Assembly (NCBI GenBank): GCA_050084985.1
Contig: JBITNC010000001.1
Span: 130,138,001 to 130,202,000, forward strand
Direction of reading: 5' to 3'
Source: Nageia nagi
Taxonomy: Eukaryota; Plantae; Pinophyta
Length of the DNA: 64,000 nt
Shown: positions 38,953-50,690 of the stretch, in pieces
How the letters are laid out: each line of letters opens with the position of its first letter
Position numbering within the stretch: the stretch's first letter is position 1
Notes under the pieces: model-generated
What the model was told of the DNA's origin: nothing
The model's database searches: none
The model's input: the letters and a program-made list of their open reading frames with translations, nothing else
Position numbers and translations under genes: made by a program

Positions 38953-41669
38953 TTAATTCTACCATCATGTAGGAATCAAGGATTTTATACACATAATAAT
39001 TTTGAGTTGATCTAAAGAGATGATATCTTTCCATTATTTCAAATAAGAATTACTAAGAAGAATTTCGAACAAGTTGAAGGAGATCACTCTATCCCATTGG
39101 AGAGTAGCTGTTGAAGTAGATCTTATCGTCCCATTGGAAGATCTAAGGAGGATTGAGGTATCATAGTGGTATTTTCTTAGAATCACTGTGGCATCAAGGA
39201 GAGTGAGAGTTGAGAATTTATGAAGCATTATGATGCTTAGGTATAGCTCATCTAGATACTAGAAAGATGATGTTGAGTTTTTGGTATGTGAATTACGAGA
39301 TTTGGATACTAAGAAGCTATCATTGAGGTTTTGATATTGTTTGGGATACTATAAGACCTAAATTGGAGACTTAGGAGGTTATATCTCACCTTCTAGCAGT
39401 TCATTGGACCTAACGTGGTTACATCTTCGAGGTTGAAGGCTTTGAAAGGAATCATCTAGCTTGGTGAGTGGTAATTTTCAAGATTTTGCTTAATTATCGT
39501 CAAGTTTGAGGTTCATTTCTCTATTGGATACCTATATTTAGGTTTTTTTTGGACACTCTAAGATTTATGTTGGAGTTTTGATGCCAATTTGAGGATTGTT
39601 TGGTATTTATGAGACCTTTCAAAGAGGTCATTGGGTATTTTTGAAGCCATTTAAAGGTTCATTTGCATTTTGTAAGGACCATTTGGCATTTCCAAATATC
39701 ATTTTTCCTTATTGAAGAGTTCATTTGATTTCTAGAGGGTCAAATCTCAACATTTGACATATTTTTACCTTGTTGACAATAAAATAGAGACTTGAGAAGA
39801 GATGTTGAGCCTTTGGGAGGCTTAAATTGCTATGAATATGCAAAATTCAATTAATAGAGTTTGAATGTGAGGGATCTTGGTATGCTTTACTAAGATTTGG
39901 GGATATTTTGCATTAGTTCTAGAGTTTCAACCTATTTGTGTATGAACATTGATTTTGCATAGTGAGCATCAAAGTTGATTTTCAGGCCCCTAATCCCTAG
40001 GCTTAATCAATTTAGTACCTGGACCAGATTATCCACCATGCAAGGAATTAGATTTCAAGTTTTAGCTATTTAATTATGTAATTTTAAGGTTTAAAAATTA
40101 TTTTTGGATTTAATTTAGAAGAAATAATGAGGAAAATAAAAAATAAAAATTGGAATTATTTAATTTAATTTAATTTGATAATTAAATTAAATTAGGAGAG
40201 AAGATGTTATTTTTAGAGGTGTTATATTTTATTGTGCTAAAAATTTGAATTTTAGAGGGATTATATGATGCAAATTTGAAAAGAAAAGTTCAAATTATTC
40301 TTGAGCCCTATAAAACCAAACATTGGGCTAGATAAAGAGCACATCATTTTTTAAGATTAAAAGATTCAAAATTAGAGATAAAGAGGGAGATGTTGGTAGT
40401 AGGAGAGCTTGGAGTTCTACTGTAGAGGGGTTACTTAGTAGAAATCCTTTAAAACATGTGAGAAAATGGGCTTCCTAAAAAAACCTCTATTTTTAAAATT
40501 TACTACCTTCCCTTTAAATTTATTAAACCACCTACTTTAAAATTTACCACCTCCCCAACCCTCCACCCTCAACTATGCACCCCTTTCCCTGCTCACCATC
40601 CAACCCCCTTTTTTAAATACTCCTATCCTCTCCTCTTTTTTTAAATACCCCTACCCTCCTCCTCTTCTAAAATATTTACCAATATATTATTAGTTTAACT
40701 AGATATTAAAAATACCTCCTATATTTTTGTATGTGATATTTACCATTTCTAACAATTACCCCCCTGTGAGACCTATATGGAACCTTCAAAGAGTTCATTG
40801 GGTAGTTAGATGGTTTGGAGGCATGTATTGAATACCTAAGGGATAATTTAGTACCAAGTAGAATATCATTTGGATTTGTGAGCTCTTTCTCACAGTTTAA
40901 TCTGCATGAACTAGTTCATCCACCTCTAAAGAGCTTGATTTAAAACATTGATAGCAATACCCTAGATGGAAGTACCAATTTTTTGAGGGAGGTGATACAT
41001 GTTAATTCATTTGGCCAAAATTGATCCTTGATCACCATAGCATCTTTAGGTTTGAGCATAAATGAGTTATTTCTCTAAAATATCCCTAAAAACTATAGAT
41101 TTTATTGTTGTTACAAGGAATTTTGGATATCACACCTTTGTTGTGAAGGACAAAATAAGGAATTTAATATTGGAAGAGCATCCATAGTGAAAATTAATCA
41201 TAGAGGAAGGATTCATCAAAGGGAATGCAAATGTAGGAAGAAAGAAGAAGAAATAATTAGACAAGAAGATATCAATCACACCACTTTACTTAACTCATCC
41301 TTGCATAAGCTATTTCATGTGTACTTAACTCTTCCATAAGATGTCAAAAAGGCATTGAGATTTAGATAATTCATTGAACTCACTAAAGATGAGAAAGAGA
41401 ATTATTTGGTACCATTGAGGGAGATACATTTGAATACTTAGGAGGGAAAAACAAATATAACAGTTGCAAAACCATTAAATGTGAGAGAAGTGAAGCTCTC
41501 ATCACACCCAATCGAACAAGAGTTTACTCTTGGAATAGGAGTTTAAGATATGATTAAAATTGCAAAGAACATTGGGCACCAAAATAACTCAATCCATCAA
41601 AATGGAGTTATTCTTTTTCAGGAATTATTTTAGACATAAGGATGATGGAGGGGAGAGATAGTTTAGCTC

Positions 41670-41839
41670 CACATTACAGTTTCATCATAATTAAAGGAGT
41701 AGCATTTGGAGAAGAGGTTCGCATCATGATTAATAATGGAGCTACAAGAATCTTCATTGATCTAGGTTTTGTAATGAGGAAGAAGCTTCCAACAAAAATT
41801 ATGGAGGTAATATATGTCATCAATGCTAATGGATACTAG
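41670..41839 (+). pseudogene. Retropepsin (aspartic protease) remnant of element E
   Basis: IKGVAFGEEVRIMINNGATRIFID (decayed LIDSGATHNFID)...VINANG. Confidence 0.72.
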
Positions 41840-41916
41840 AGATGATCAAGAAGACTCTATTGCAGCTATGGATGTTCCAAATTACTTAGGAAGAAGCAAT
41901 TTGGGAGGGGCAAAAT

Positions 41917-43302
41917 TGTAATATTTCTATTTTTATGATATTTTTCCCATTTCACCTCTAACAAATGGGAACATTATGCTAGGAGTACTTTTGCTTATTT
42001 TAAGAGTTATTTAGCCAATTAATTATAAGTTCCACTTGGAGAGTAGTTTAGTACTCTAATTATGGAATGTTGGGCCCTTAGTTAACATATTATATATAGT
42101 TAAGTGTCTAATTATGCCAATAATGATGTATTTATGATACCAAGGTTATTATGATTGTAAATACAATATTATTCTCAATAATAAGGCATTGCATATTCCT
42201 AGCCTTAATGATTATAATATTGGTATTAGATGGTCCTTTTTGTTATTAATGCTCCCCTCTTCAAGGTAGAACATTCATCGAAGTGATTACATCGACTTTG
42301 AGGTACTATGAAGACTTGTATGCTTGGATGTGGTACATTTGCATCTCAATAAATCAAACGGATCCTACACTTGGACGTTGGGCTTATAAGGGCATCTAGA
42401 CCTCATACATTGAGCATTTGGCATCCCTAGGATCCCATGTCATACTCTTGGTTTTCTAACTTTGACATTGATACCGAGGCACATTGAAGTATCTCCTTAT
42501 CCAATGTTAACATTCTTGCCTTTGGATATGATTACTCTCATCTCAAGGTATCCTATCCTTGACATTGGTATTAAGAGAACATAGATTGTTCTTGTAAGCC
42601 TTTAGATCAACTCAACTCAAAATTAGAGGATCAACCACCTTGCTTATGTAAGGAGGACTCTTGGAACACAAGAGATGTGTTGATTTGATTAAACCCCCTT
42701 CTACCATATTGAGTGTGAGAACTCTATCTTTTCCACTTGTAGGTGTCAGTTTGTATTTTAGGTCTTGAGGTGATTGAAGGCTAGCCTCTTGCTTACTCTA
42801 GCTATTTGGGAGAGGAACTATGGTTATTTTATCATTAGAGAGGTAAGGAAGCCCTAGTCTTGGCCTTTTTGTTGTTGCAATTAGTGAGGCCTTGGATCCA
42901 TCTACAATAACCCTATTAGAGGTAATCTTGGTGTAAGCTCCTTATGTACCAAAATAACCATCGCTACATCACTCTCATCGAACATATTGTAATTGTGGTT
43001 CTCTCTTATTTCATAACACAATCACCTTATTTGCTATCATTATTATCAGTTATCACTTTGGCTTGGACATTAGATCTGGAAATGTATTTTGGCAATGTTG
43101 TTGATTCATATTTGGCTTCCTAATGACCTGCATGGGTAATTGAGCATAATTATGGATTATTTTCTTCATTCTTACCATTAATAACTAGACGATGGATGTA
43201 TTGTATAATTTTATATTTAATTGGTAAGATCTAAAGCTTCAAGGCAAACATCCCTCTCCTAGGGCATATTTGAGCATGAGCCGATGGATTGGGCTTATCA
43301 CA
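41917..43302 (+). repeat. 3' LTR of element E
   Basis: TGTAAT...ATCACA; preceded by the PPT. Confidence 0.9.
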
Positions 43303-45014
43303 TATGCATAATTGTCATATATGTTTAATCTTGTATTGAACATCTTTATAAATTTCAATATATCTTCCAATGCATAGATGTATTAATATATTTTATGTAT
43401 CAAGTACCACATTGTATCATATTACAATGAGGTAGGCCCATCATCTTAAGAAGATAAAATTAACTTACATATGGGCTTAATTACATGATTAAAAGGCCAA
43501 TGATGCATGTTTTTATATACATAAGAAAAGAAACTTAATACTTAGACTTCTCTGTGGGGACAAGAATCCAGCACATTAAGTAGAACTAGAATTGATTCTA
43601 TGCCATTTCCATTTACAAGAACGAATAACTGCTTCTCCAAAGAAGCATTTCAAATTTTGGAAAAAATGGAACAATTTTCTAACAATAAGACAAACTTTCT
43701 TGCCACTTATCCCTTCTTCGAGAAAGGGGAGACATTATGTTAAATCATATAAAAGAATACATAATCATTTCATAATATCAAGTTTTCAAGTATTTGGCAT
43801 TATGCTTTTGGTTCCCTAGAATCATATTAATGGATATATTATGTAATAATCTTATTATAGAGTAGTAAACTATTCATATTATGTATATTGCATATTTTTT
43901 ATTGATATTTTCAAGTTAAAGGAACTTAATAATATGTTGAGTGACATAAAATATCATTGTTCTCTTCAACATATCATCTAACAGGATTTCAATACTTTAA
44001 GAAGAGCCCTTAACAAATGTTTCACTCACTCCTTTACCTAAAAATGATTGAAATAGGCAACAACCATTTTGAAGGAATTACAACCTACAATTGAAAATTA
44101 TAAGATCTTTTATCCTTATTATGATATTATGTATCATTTTAGAATATTATTACACAATACTAAAATATTATACACATAATTACAGATACATATATTTATT
44201 TACATAATTTCTTTTAATATCATATAATACTATCTATTTTCATTTAACATCATTCATTATGATCTAATATCTTTTCATATGATTTAATATTATTTAAAAC
44301 CATTTATAATTAGATTTTAATAAATTAATTTAATTTAAGTTTAATATTAATGTTGACAATTCTATTTAATTTAAATTTAGTAAATAATTTTTTTAATAAA
44401 AATATTTTAAATTAAAATATAATGATAATATTTTCCTTTGGGATCTTAGAATATTTACACGTAGAAAGAATTAAATAAAATAAGTGTACATATTCTTGAT
44501 TAGATCAATCTAGACCCATTCGTTATATATTTTATTAAAGTTTGAAATAAATTTGCACCAAAAATCTTCAGGAAAAGATTTAATCGGAGCATGTTTAATA
44601 ATTAACGCACACATGTGCCTTCATGAATATTCTTATGGATTAATAAAATAATATCAAACGTTGTATTTTGATGATCAAATTTAAATTACATAACAACAAT
44701 AAAATACATCGATGTTGGGTAGAAAATATTTTAATCTATCATTTATTATGTTAGATAAGAGTATAAATTTTGATGCTTATCTATCCTAGGTGAAGCGTAA
44801 GGTGTACTATATTAGATGATCATGGGCATCGATAATGTGTAATTGACGTAGCAATTTAGTATTATATTCAAGTTAGATTGTTCGAAGAAAATCATAAAAG
44901 CCACTAAAATTGTTTAACTAATGAAAAGATCCTTAGCTATTGGAAGGTTCCTAAGCACATTATTCACAAAATCTAACTCACTTTTGAAACAAGTGGGGCA
45001 TCATTGTAATAAAA

Positions 45015-45148
45015 AATAAAGATGTCATTTATTTTTCTTCGATCAAAGGTTGTTAAAATTTTGTTGAAACTACCATGAAATAATAAAGATGTCATTTATT
45101 TTTCTTCGATCAAAGGTTGTTAAAATTTTGTTGAAACTACCATGAAAT
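45015..45148. repeat. Perfect 67-bp tandem duplication
   Basis: AATAAAGATGTC...CCATGAAAT at 45015-45081 and 45082-45148. Confidence 0.95.
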
Positions 45149-46724
45149 GTTAATAGAAGGGTTATGCTTTTTTTCTATATCTTTTTACAAATATTTGAAT
45201 TCTTTAAAATGATATTATCAATATATAAATATGGAAATTTTTATAAAAAAATTCTCTTTATTCACATATTTTTTAAAATATTTATTTTTAATATTTTCAT
45301 AATATATTTAATTAACTTATTTCATTTTATTTAAATTGATTTTTTAATAGTATATTTTTTTATAAAAAAATAAATTTTTAATTAATTAAAAAAGAGCTTT
45401 TACAATTAAAAAGAGGGAGTGGTTGAATTAATTACACCCTTAGATATTCATATATTAATCCTAACACTAGGTTAGAAAATCGAGGAGCAACATGAAAATC
45501 TTAATACATAATAGTTATCACATCAAAATGGCTAGTTATTTCCTATGACAAATATTAAACGATATTGTGGGGGTAGCCCTTAGTAGATGCATGAAAGGGA
45601 TTACAATCTTTCTCATTAAAATCACCCCAATCTTTATAATATTTTTTAATTTTTAAATTTATATTTTTTTAACAAATTTTTAATATATTTAAATAAAATT
45701 GTATATTTAAATGTAGAAGTAGAATTAAATGAGATTTTGTTTTAAAGAAACTATTTAAAATGATACCATCAAAGTCCAAAGCAAAAGCTTAGAAATATGT
45801 GACAAGATAATCTTTTGTTGATATGCATATTATATAAACATTGTTTCAACAACCAATGGTTTAGGATATTTCATGTTTAAATATTGAAACTACAAATTCA
45901 AGTGAAGTTGGGTCTTTTACTAATATTTGAAAATTGGTTAAAAAATGACATATATGATGATGTTGTGATTGACATGTTTTATGTATGTGTTATTTCTTTC
46001 AATGTAGTAAGAAGATCTTACTTTATCCAAAAATCAAAAGAAAATCTAACTTTAAAAACTAATAATCACAATCCATCTTTTTCTAACACATTGTTTAAAT
46101 ATCACATTTAAATTTCTAGATATAATGACAAAAACATACACCCACTTTTCAATTAATTATGTATATTAAATACATATATTTAAAATTACTTCATAACTTT
46201 AAAAAATAATTCATCTATCATTCTTTAAGAACAATAATTTTAAATCTTCATTACTTCATCGAATACATGAATTAAGATTCCCTCAATCTTTCATTCATAT
46301 TAATTTATTCTTTTAAAGAAATTAACTAAGTCACACATATTTTTTTGCACCACATAACACCATTTAAGTTTCAAATTACGTAGTGTAAAACAAAAGAACT
46401 AAGTATTGTATGGCGTTAATGGTTTTATATTGTAACCTATAGAACATAAAGTTATGTTTTGACTAAAGCATCTATTGGAAGTTTGTAAATTTTTAATAAA
46501 TTAATGGACGAAAATAGTACCATTTGACCCTCAAGCTTAAGCATCTTTGCCCTTTTTGTGTGCTATAAATAGTTGGTGGATTACCTAATTGTGGCAAGAG
46601 CTTGGGAATCAAACCATTCTTTGTACTCTATACTACGCGACGAAATAATTTCACACACTCCACAGTTGCCCACGGTTTAAGAAATATTTTATGATCCACT
46701 TGTTTTAATTTCACACACTCCACA

Positions 46725-48099
46725 GTGCTCATCCTGTAGACCACGAAAACATATTTCTTCAAGAAACGGACTGCAATTTAGTATAAATAAGTTTCGGGCT
46801 TATAACCAGGAACTTACTTGCAGTTGTTTCAATGCTTGAGGACACTCTGTAAGAAACTTGATGCTCATTGCCATGCTCGGAGAGGTGGTCTCGTGACCGG
46901 CGAAAAGAAGAAACAGAAGCGTATCAGCCACGAATTCGTCCGAGAGAACAGGCTTCTCGCTTAGAATTTCGCCAATAGGTCATTATGGACGACTTGAGGC
47001 TGTCTTCTTCTCTCTTCTATAATTTCGTATATCTTTTTTATCAGATATTCCCTTGCCTGTTGAATTTGTGAAGAACAAATGATAATCTCAATGATTTTAT
47101 TAAAGAAACTAAAATTAAATGCCTGAAGAAGATGATCACCTTGATTCCTTTAGCAAAGCTGTGCCAGGAATTCGAACAGGAACAGACAGAACTGCCTGCG
47201 AAAAGTTGCAAAACTGCTTTCTGATGTCCTCTGTTTCTTGGGAAGGTCCAGCAATTGCTTTGCCATGAGATCCAAACCAAACTGCTCCCACAAACAAAAT
47301 ACCATCGCAGAAACAATTAAGAATCCGCTAATAAGACAAGATAAAACTGCTTTAAAGACCAAAGCTCCCATTGAAAGCTTTGAAGATTGAAGCATGCAAA
47401 TAAATAATAAAGGAAAAGTTGTTCTACACATGCCTGATGGCACTCATCTTCTAGCTTGATCTCTTTTCCGTGCCAATTGGACATAGCATTTGTAAGGACA
47501 ACCTGGATATCATCTATGAAATGTGTAGACAATTTATCGTTATTAAGTAAATTTGCTGCTACTGCATGATATTTCCCATGAAGATCTCCCTGGAGTTCAT
47601 GCAAAGCATATTTCCCAATCAGGTCTTTGTAGGATTGTGGGTGGTGAGTCTGAAACAGCCTACCCTCGTTCTGCAACACAAATTTGTTAACCTCAGGATT
47701 GACAGAGACAATGATCTGTCGTCCAAATAAGTTGGAGGAGAAGATGTCCCCGTATCTGACATCAATTTTAGTACAAAAATGTGAGTCCATGGTTATGAGC
47801 TTCAGGGATATTTTCAATTTTTATAATTTCATGAACTTACAAGGGTATTTTAGTAAGTTTTCCTAAATTATACAATCATTTGCAGCTACTTACCGGCGCT
47901 GTCGGTCGGCAATGAACTTTTGTGGATGAAAGGTGGACTTGAGAGACAGATAAAAGTCGATTGTCTCTCCGATGAGAGGCAACTTGTACAGGCGGCCCTG
48001 CTTGATAGTGTAGAGGTTTTCCAACCTCCTATTTAGGTACAGCGCTAATATTGCCAATGATATAATGCCTAACAACACATACATATTAAGGTCTTCCAT
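46725..48099 (-). pseudogene. Cytochrome P450, CYP85 clan, CYP720(B)-like (abietadienol/abietadienal oxidase-like) pseudogene; exons 48099-47894, 47755-47434, 47281-47140, 47056-46818, 46733-46725 (truncated)
   Basis: TM anchor; PLIGET; NKFVLQNEGRLFQ; ECHQ|..LMAKQLLDL; FAKGIK|ARE; I-helix LFLLFAGHETTS; KFLTECPQALKQLQ|DEH. Intron positions match the CYP85 clan. Three frameshifts, a hinge deletion, and no ExxR, PERF or heme-Cys exons found in the window. Confidence 0.9.
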
Positions 48100-48180
48100 T
48101 GAAGGGACTTTGATCCCTCAAATCAGACTCTCTACAATATTTTCTTTTTCAAGTTTGCTGGGAGTATTGAAGATCAGAAC

Positions 48181-48189
48181 ATTTTATAG
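48181..48189 (-). promoter_or_regulatory. Probable TATA box of the P450
   Basis: CTATAAAAT on the minus strand, ~85 nt upstream of the ATG at 48099. Confidence 0.6.
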
Positions 48190-48421
48190 AGGTGTTATCA
48201 CATCTCTTGTTTTGTGTGCTGAGTGCGAAGTGAGTATTTGGAATAGATAAATAGTATCTACCTATTCAAGATCTTACAAGGAAGTAGGAAATAATTTGAA
48301 ATTTCACGGATACGTACGGTATGCAACGGCTACCATTTTTATGTGCAGATAATCTCACGCATAACACTAATTGGACTCTTCTCCTAAGAAGACAAAAGAG
48401 GAGACGGGAATATTCGGACAG

Positions 48422-48495
48422 AGCTGAGATAGTATCATTCTCTTATAAGGACAAAATTAGCTAAGATAGAATCACTCTCTTATAAGGACAAAATT
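48422..48495. repeat. 37-bp imperfect tandem duplication in the P450 promoter
   Basis: AGCTGAGATAGTATCATTCTCTTATAAGGACAAAATT / AGCTAAGATAGAATCACTCTCTTATAAGGACAAAATT (3 mismatches). Confidence 0.9.
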
Positions 48496-48716
48496 AATTT
48501 TTATATATATTATGTAATAAAAAAATATTATTTATGGTGTATGGAGGTATCCAAATTGACTAGTACAATTAATTTTGAATTGAAGGGTTCATTTCTTGGC
48601 AACTTTTATTATTGATTGGTTAATTGTTTTTACTTTTCAATTGATATTTTTATTTTTACTTTGTCTTTCATGATTTAAAGTATTTTTTCTCACATTTTTC
48701 TTTGGTATATGCAATA

Positions 48717-49893
48717 TGTGAACACCTCAAAACCCTAACACCTGAAACATTCAAGTCATCTATGAGCACATCAAAGATTTTGAGTTGTTCAATTCTAACT
48801 TTCCTATATTGTGAATTGACAATAATGATAAAAACAAGGTTTAGAAATGGTCCTTAGTCTTCAATGATGTCAAATAGTGCTTAGGTATGAAAGGAAACAA
48901 CAAGGATTAAAGGGGACCTCAAATCACAAGTCCTTGGGACCTTGTGATTGTCCAAAATGAGGTAGAACCCCAACTCTACAAGGTTGTAGATCCCCTAATC
49001 CATAGTTAAATAGACATTCGCAAAAATATCAATGCCTATAATGCAAATGTATTCTAGACTCAAAGATCAATGATAAATGCTAGGACAAAGACAATTGACA
49101 AGTGTAAATGACAAAGTTATGCTAAAGATTTGCAATGTATATTTAAAGATCCAATTAAATGACAATGTATGATAATAATGTTCACAAATTCAAAGCTAAG
49201 AATAATAGATCTAAGCTAAGAATGCAAGTAAATCAATAAAGATATGCCAACCCTAGGGTTTGATCCAAACCCTAGCCTAAACCCTAGGATGTAATTAGCC
49301 TAGATAAATGCCTATGTGTCACACAAATGCAAGTATATATTTAAGTAAAGGATACAAGTTTTTACTCAACATTGCTTTGGTTTGCAAAATTTGTAAATAA
49401 CAATGAAAGACAACATTAACATCTCAAACAAAGCCCCAAATAGTCAAAGTGTACCTCACTCCATGCAAAATGGACAAGTATGTTCAAGGAATGGAGAGAG
49501 AAGCTCTTGATGTGATGTATCCTTCAAAATGATCTCACAAAACTTAGGTACAAAGCATTAGAAAATGTGTAGAGTTGCAGAGTCTGTGTATGTCAGAGTG
49601 CAAAAATCAAAGAAGAAGCTCGAAATCTGTGCCTTCTATCTTTTATAATGCTCAGTCAGAATCGTTCGAATGATTGTGATATTTATAGGATCGTTTAGGC
49701 AACTAACAAGTCATCTAGGTGACTGGAACCAAAGGTGTTAGCAAAAATAAAAGGTTAAGATCAAGTCGATTAGTCTGGTCAAAGAACCTGCAAAACACAT
49801 GTTAGTCCAACATGATAATGTAACACATGATACATGTCAAATTATCAATGTAATCCTGTCAATGAAGCAAAATCCATTTTTAGGGTGTTTACA
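48717..49893 (-). repeat. 3' LTR of element F
   Basis: Inverted termini TGTGAACACC...GGTGTTTACA (9/10 match); PPT at 49894-49906. Confidence 0.85.
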
Positions 49894-50456
49894 GTTGCCC
49901 CCTTTTGTGCTAAGCTATGAACCTGTGAGAAGCTTAGTACAAAAACATGTGAAACGATAACTGATAATTGTTAATGATAAATGATAGCAAAATGATTAGG
50001 ATGAGAGTTGGTTTCGATGCATGACAGGCTATATAAGATCATCATAATCACTCGACCCTAATCTAGTTATGATGCATGACAGGCTGCATTAGATAAAATC
50101 GAGAACCATGAGGATGCAATGAAGTTTGGTTTCAGCACATAACAAGCCGTATAAGATGGAATTGGATCTTATGATAATGGACCTATGATAAAAATTTGAC
50201 AAGTAATTCAAGAAGGCATTAAATGATCAAGAAAAAAGTTAATCTAATCTAATCTAATCTATGTGATGAAAGGGAAATGATCTCTGCTTTATCTCAATAA
50301 TCGAAGGGAATGATCTTTGCTTTGCCCTAGCAACTAAAAGGTGTCTAACTCTATTTTTCCCTAGTAGTCAAAAGGAAATGATCATAGGCATGTAGACCTA
50401 CCAAGTGTGGGACCATAGCACGTAGGCATATGACACTTGCATAAGAATGTCTAAGC

Positions 50457-50690
50457 AAAGCATGATGATGTCTAAATATGTTGATTGCTAATCAATCATG
50501 TCATGCTAAACTGATAATGTCGAACATGGTGATGTCAGAGTGTGTTCATTGCCAATCCACCATGATGGACTACAATGACCTTGTTGAACATGATGATTGC
50601 CAATCCATAATGTTGACCTAAAGTTACCATGTCAAGCATGATGATGTTAGAATATGTTTATTACAAATCCATCATGCCAAACTAATAATC
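50457..50690. repeat. Degenerate ~60-65-bp tandem array (~4 units) in the 3' region of element F
   Basis: Recurring A(A/G)CATG(A/G)TGATGTC...TTGCCAATCC units. Confidence 0.7.

Larger units (their letters stand above)
37555..43302 (+). mobile_element. Element E: non-autonomous Ty3/gypsy LTR element lacking RT-RH-INT
   Basis: LTRs 37555-38938 and 41917-43302 (~1385 bp each); TSD TATGT/TATGC; PBS TGGTATCAGATCC at 38940; PPT TGGGAGGGG before the 3' LTR. Only a protease remnant is recognisable inside. Confidence 0.92.

Noticed and set aside
43592-43819. ORF or possible distal P450 exon
   Set aside because: No ExxR, PERF or FxxGxRxCxG motif on either strand; short ORF expected by chance.
45150-45450. 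Very AT-rich quasi-palindromic stretch as a MITE
   Set aside because: No convincing terminal inverted repeats or TSD; self-complementarity is expected at this A/T content.
46580-46685. Minus-strand KPW and GLIPK as remnants of P450 FNPW and LIPKGW motifs
   Set aside because: Wrong order, too short and no flanking similarity; likely coincidence.
46646-46726. 21-nt direct repeats with a 39-nt spacer as a CRISPR-like unit
   Set aside because: Only two repeats, eukaryotic context and no cas genes; better explained as breakpoint filler.
49250-49290. AAACCCTA motifs as interstitial telomere
   Set aside because: Only 2-3 dispersed copies inside an LTR; common telo-box-like motifs, not a tandem TTTAGGG array.
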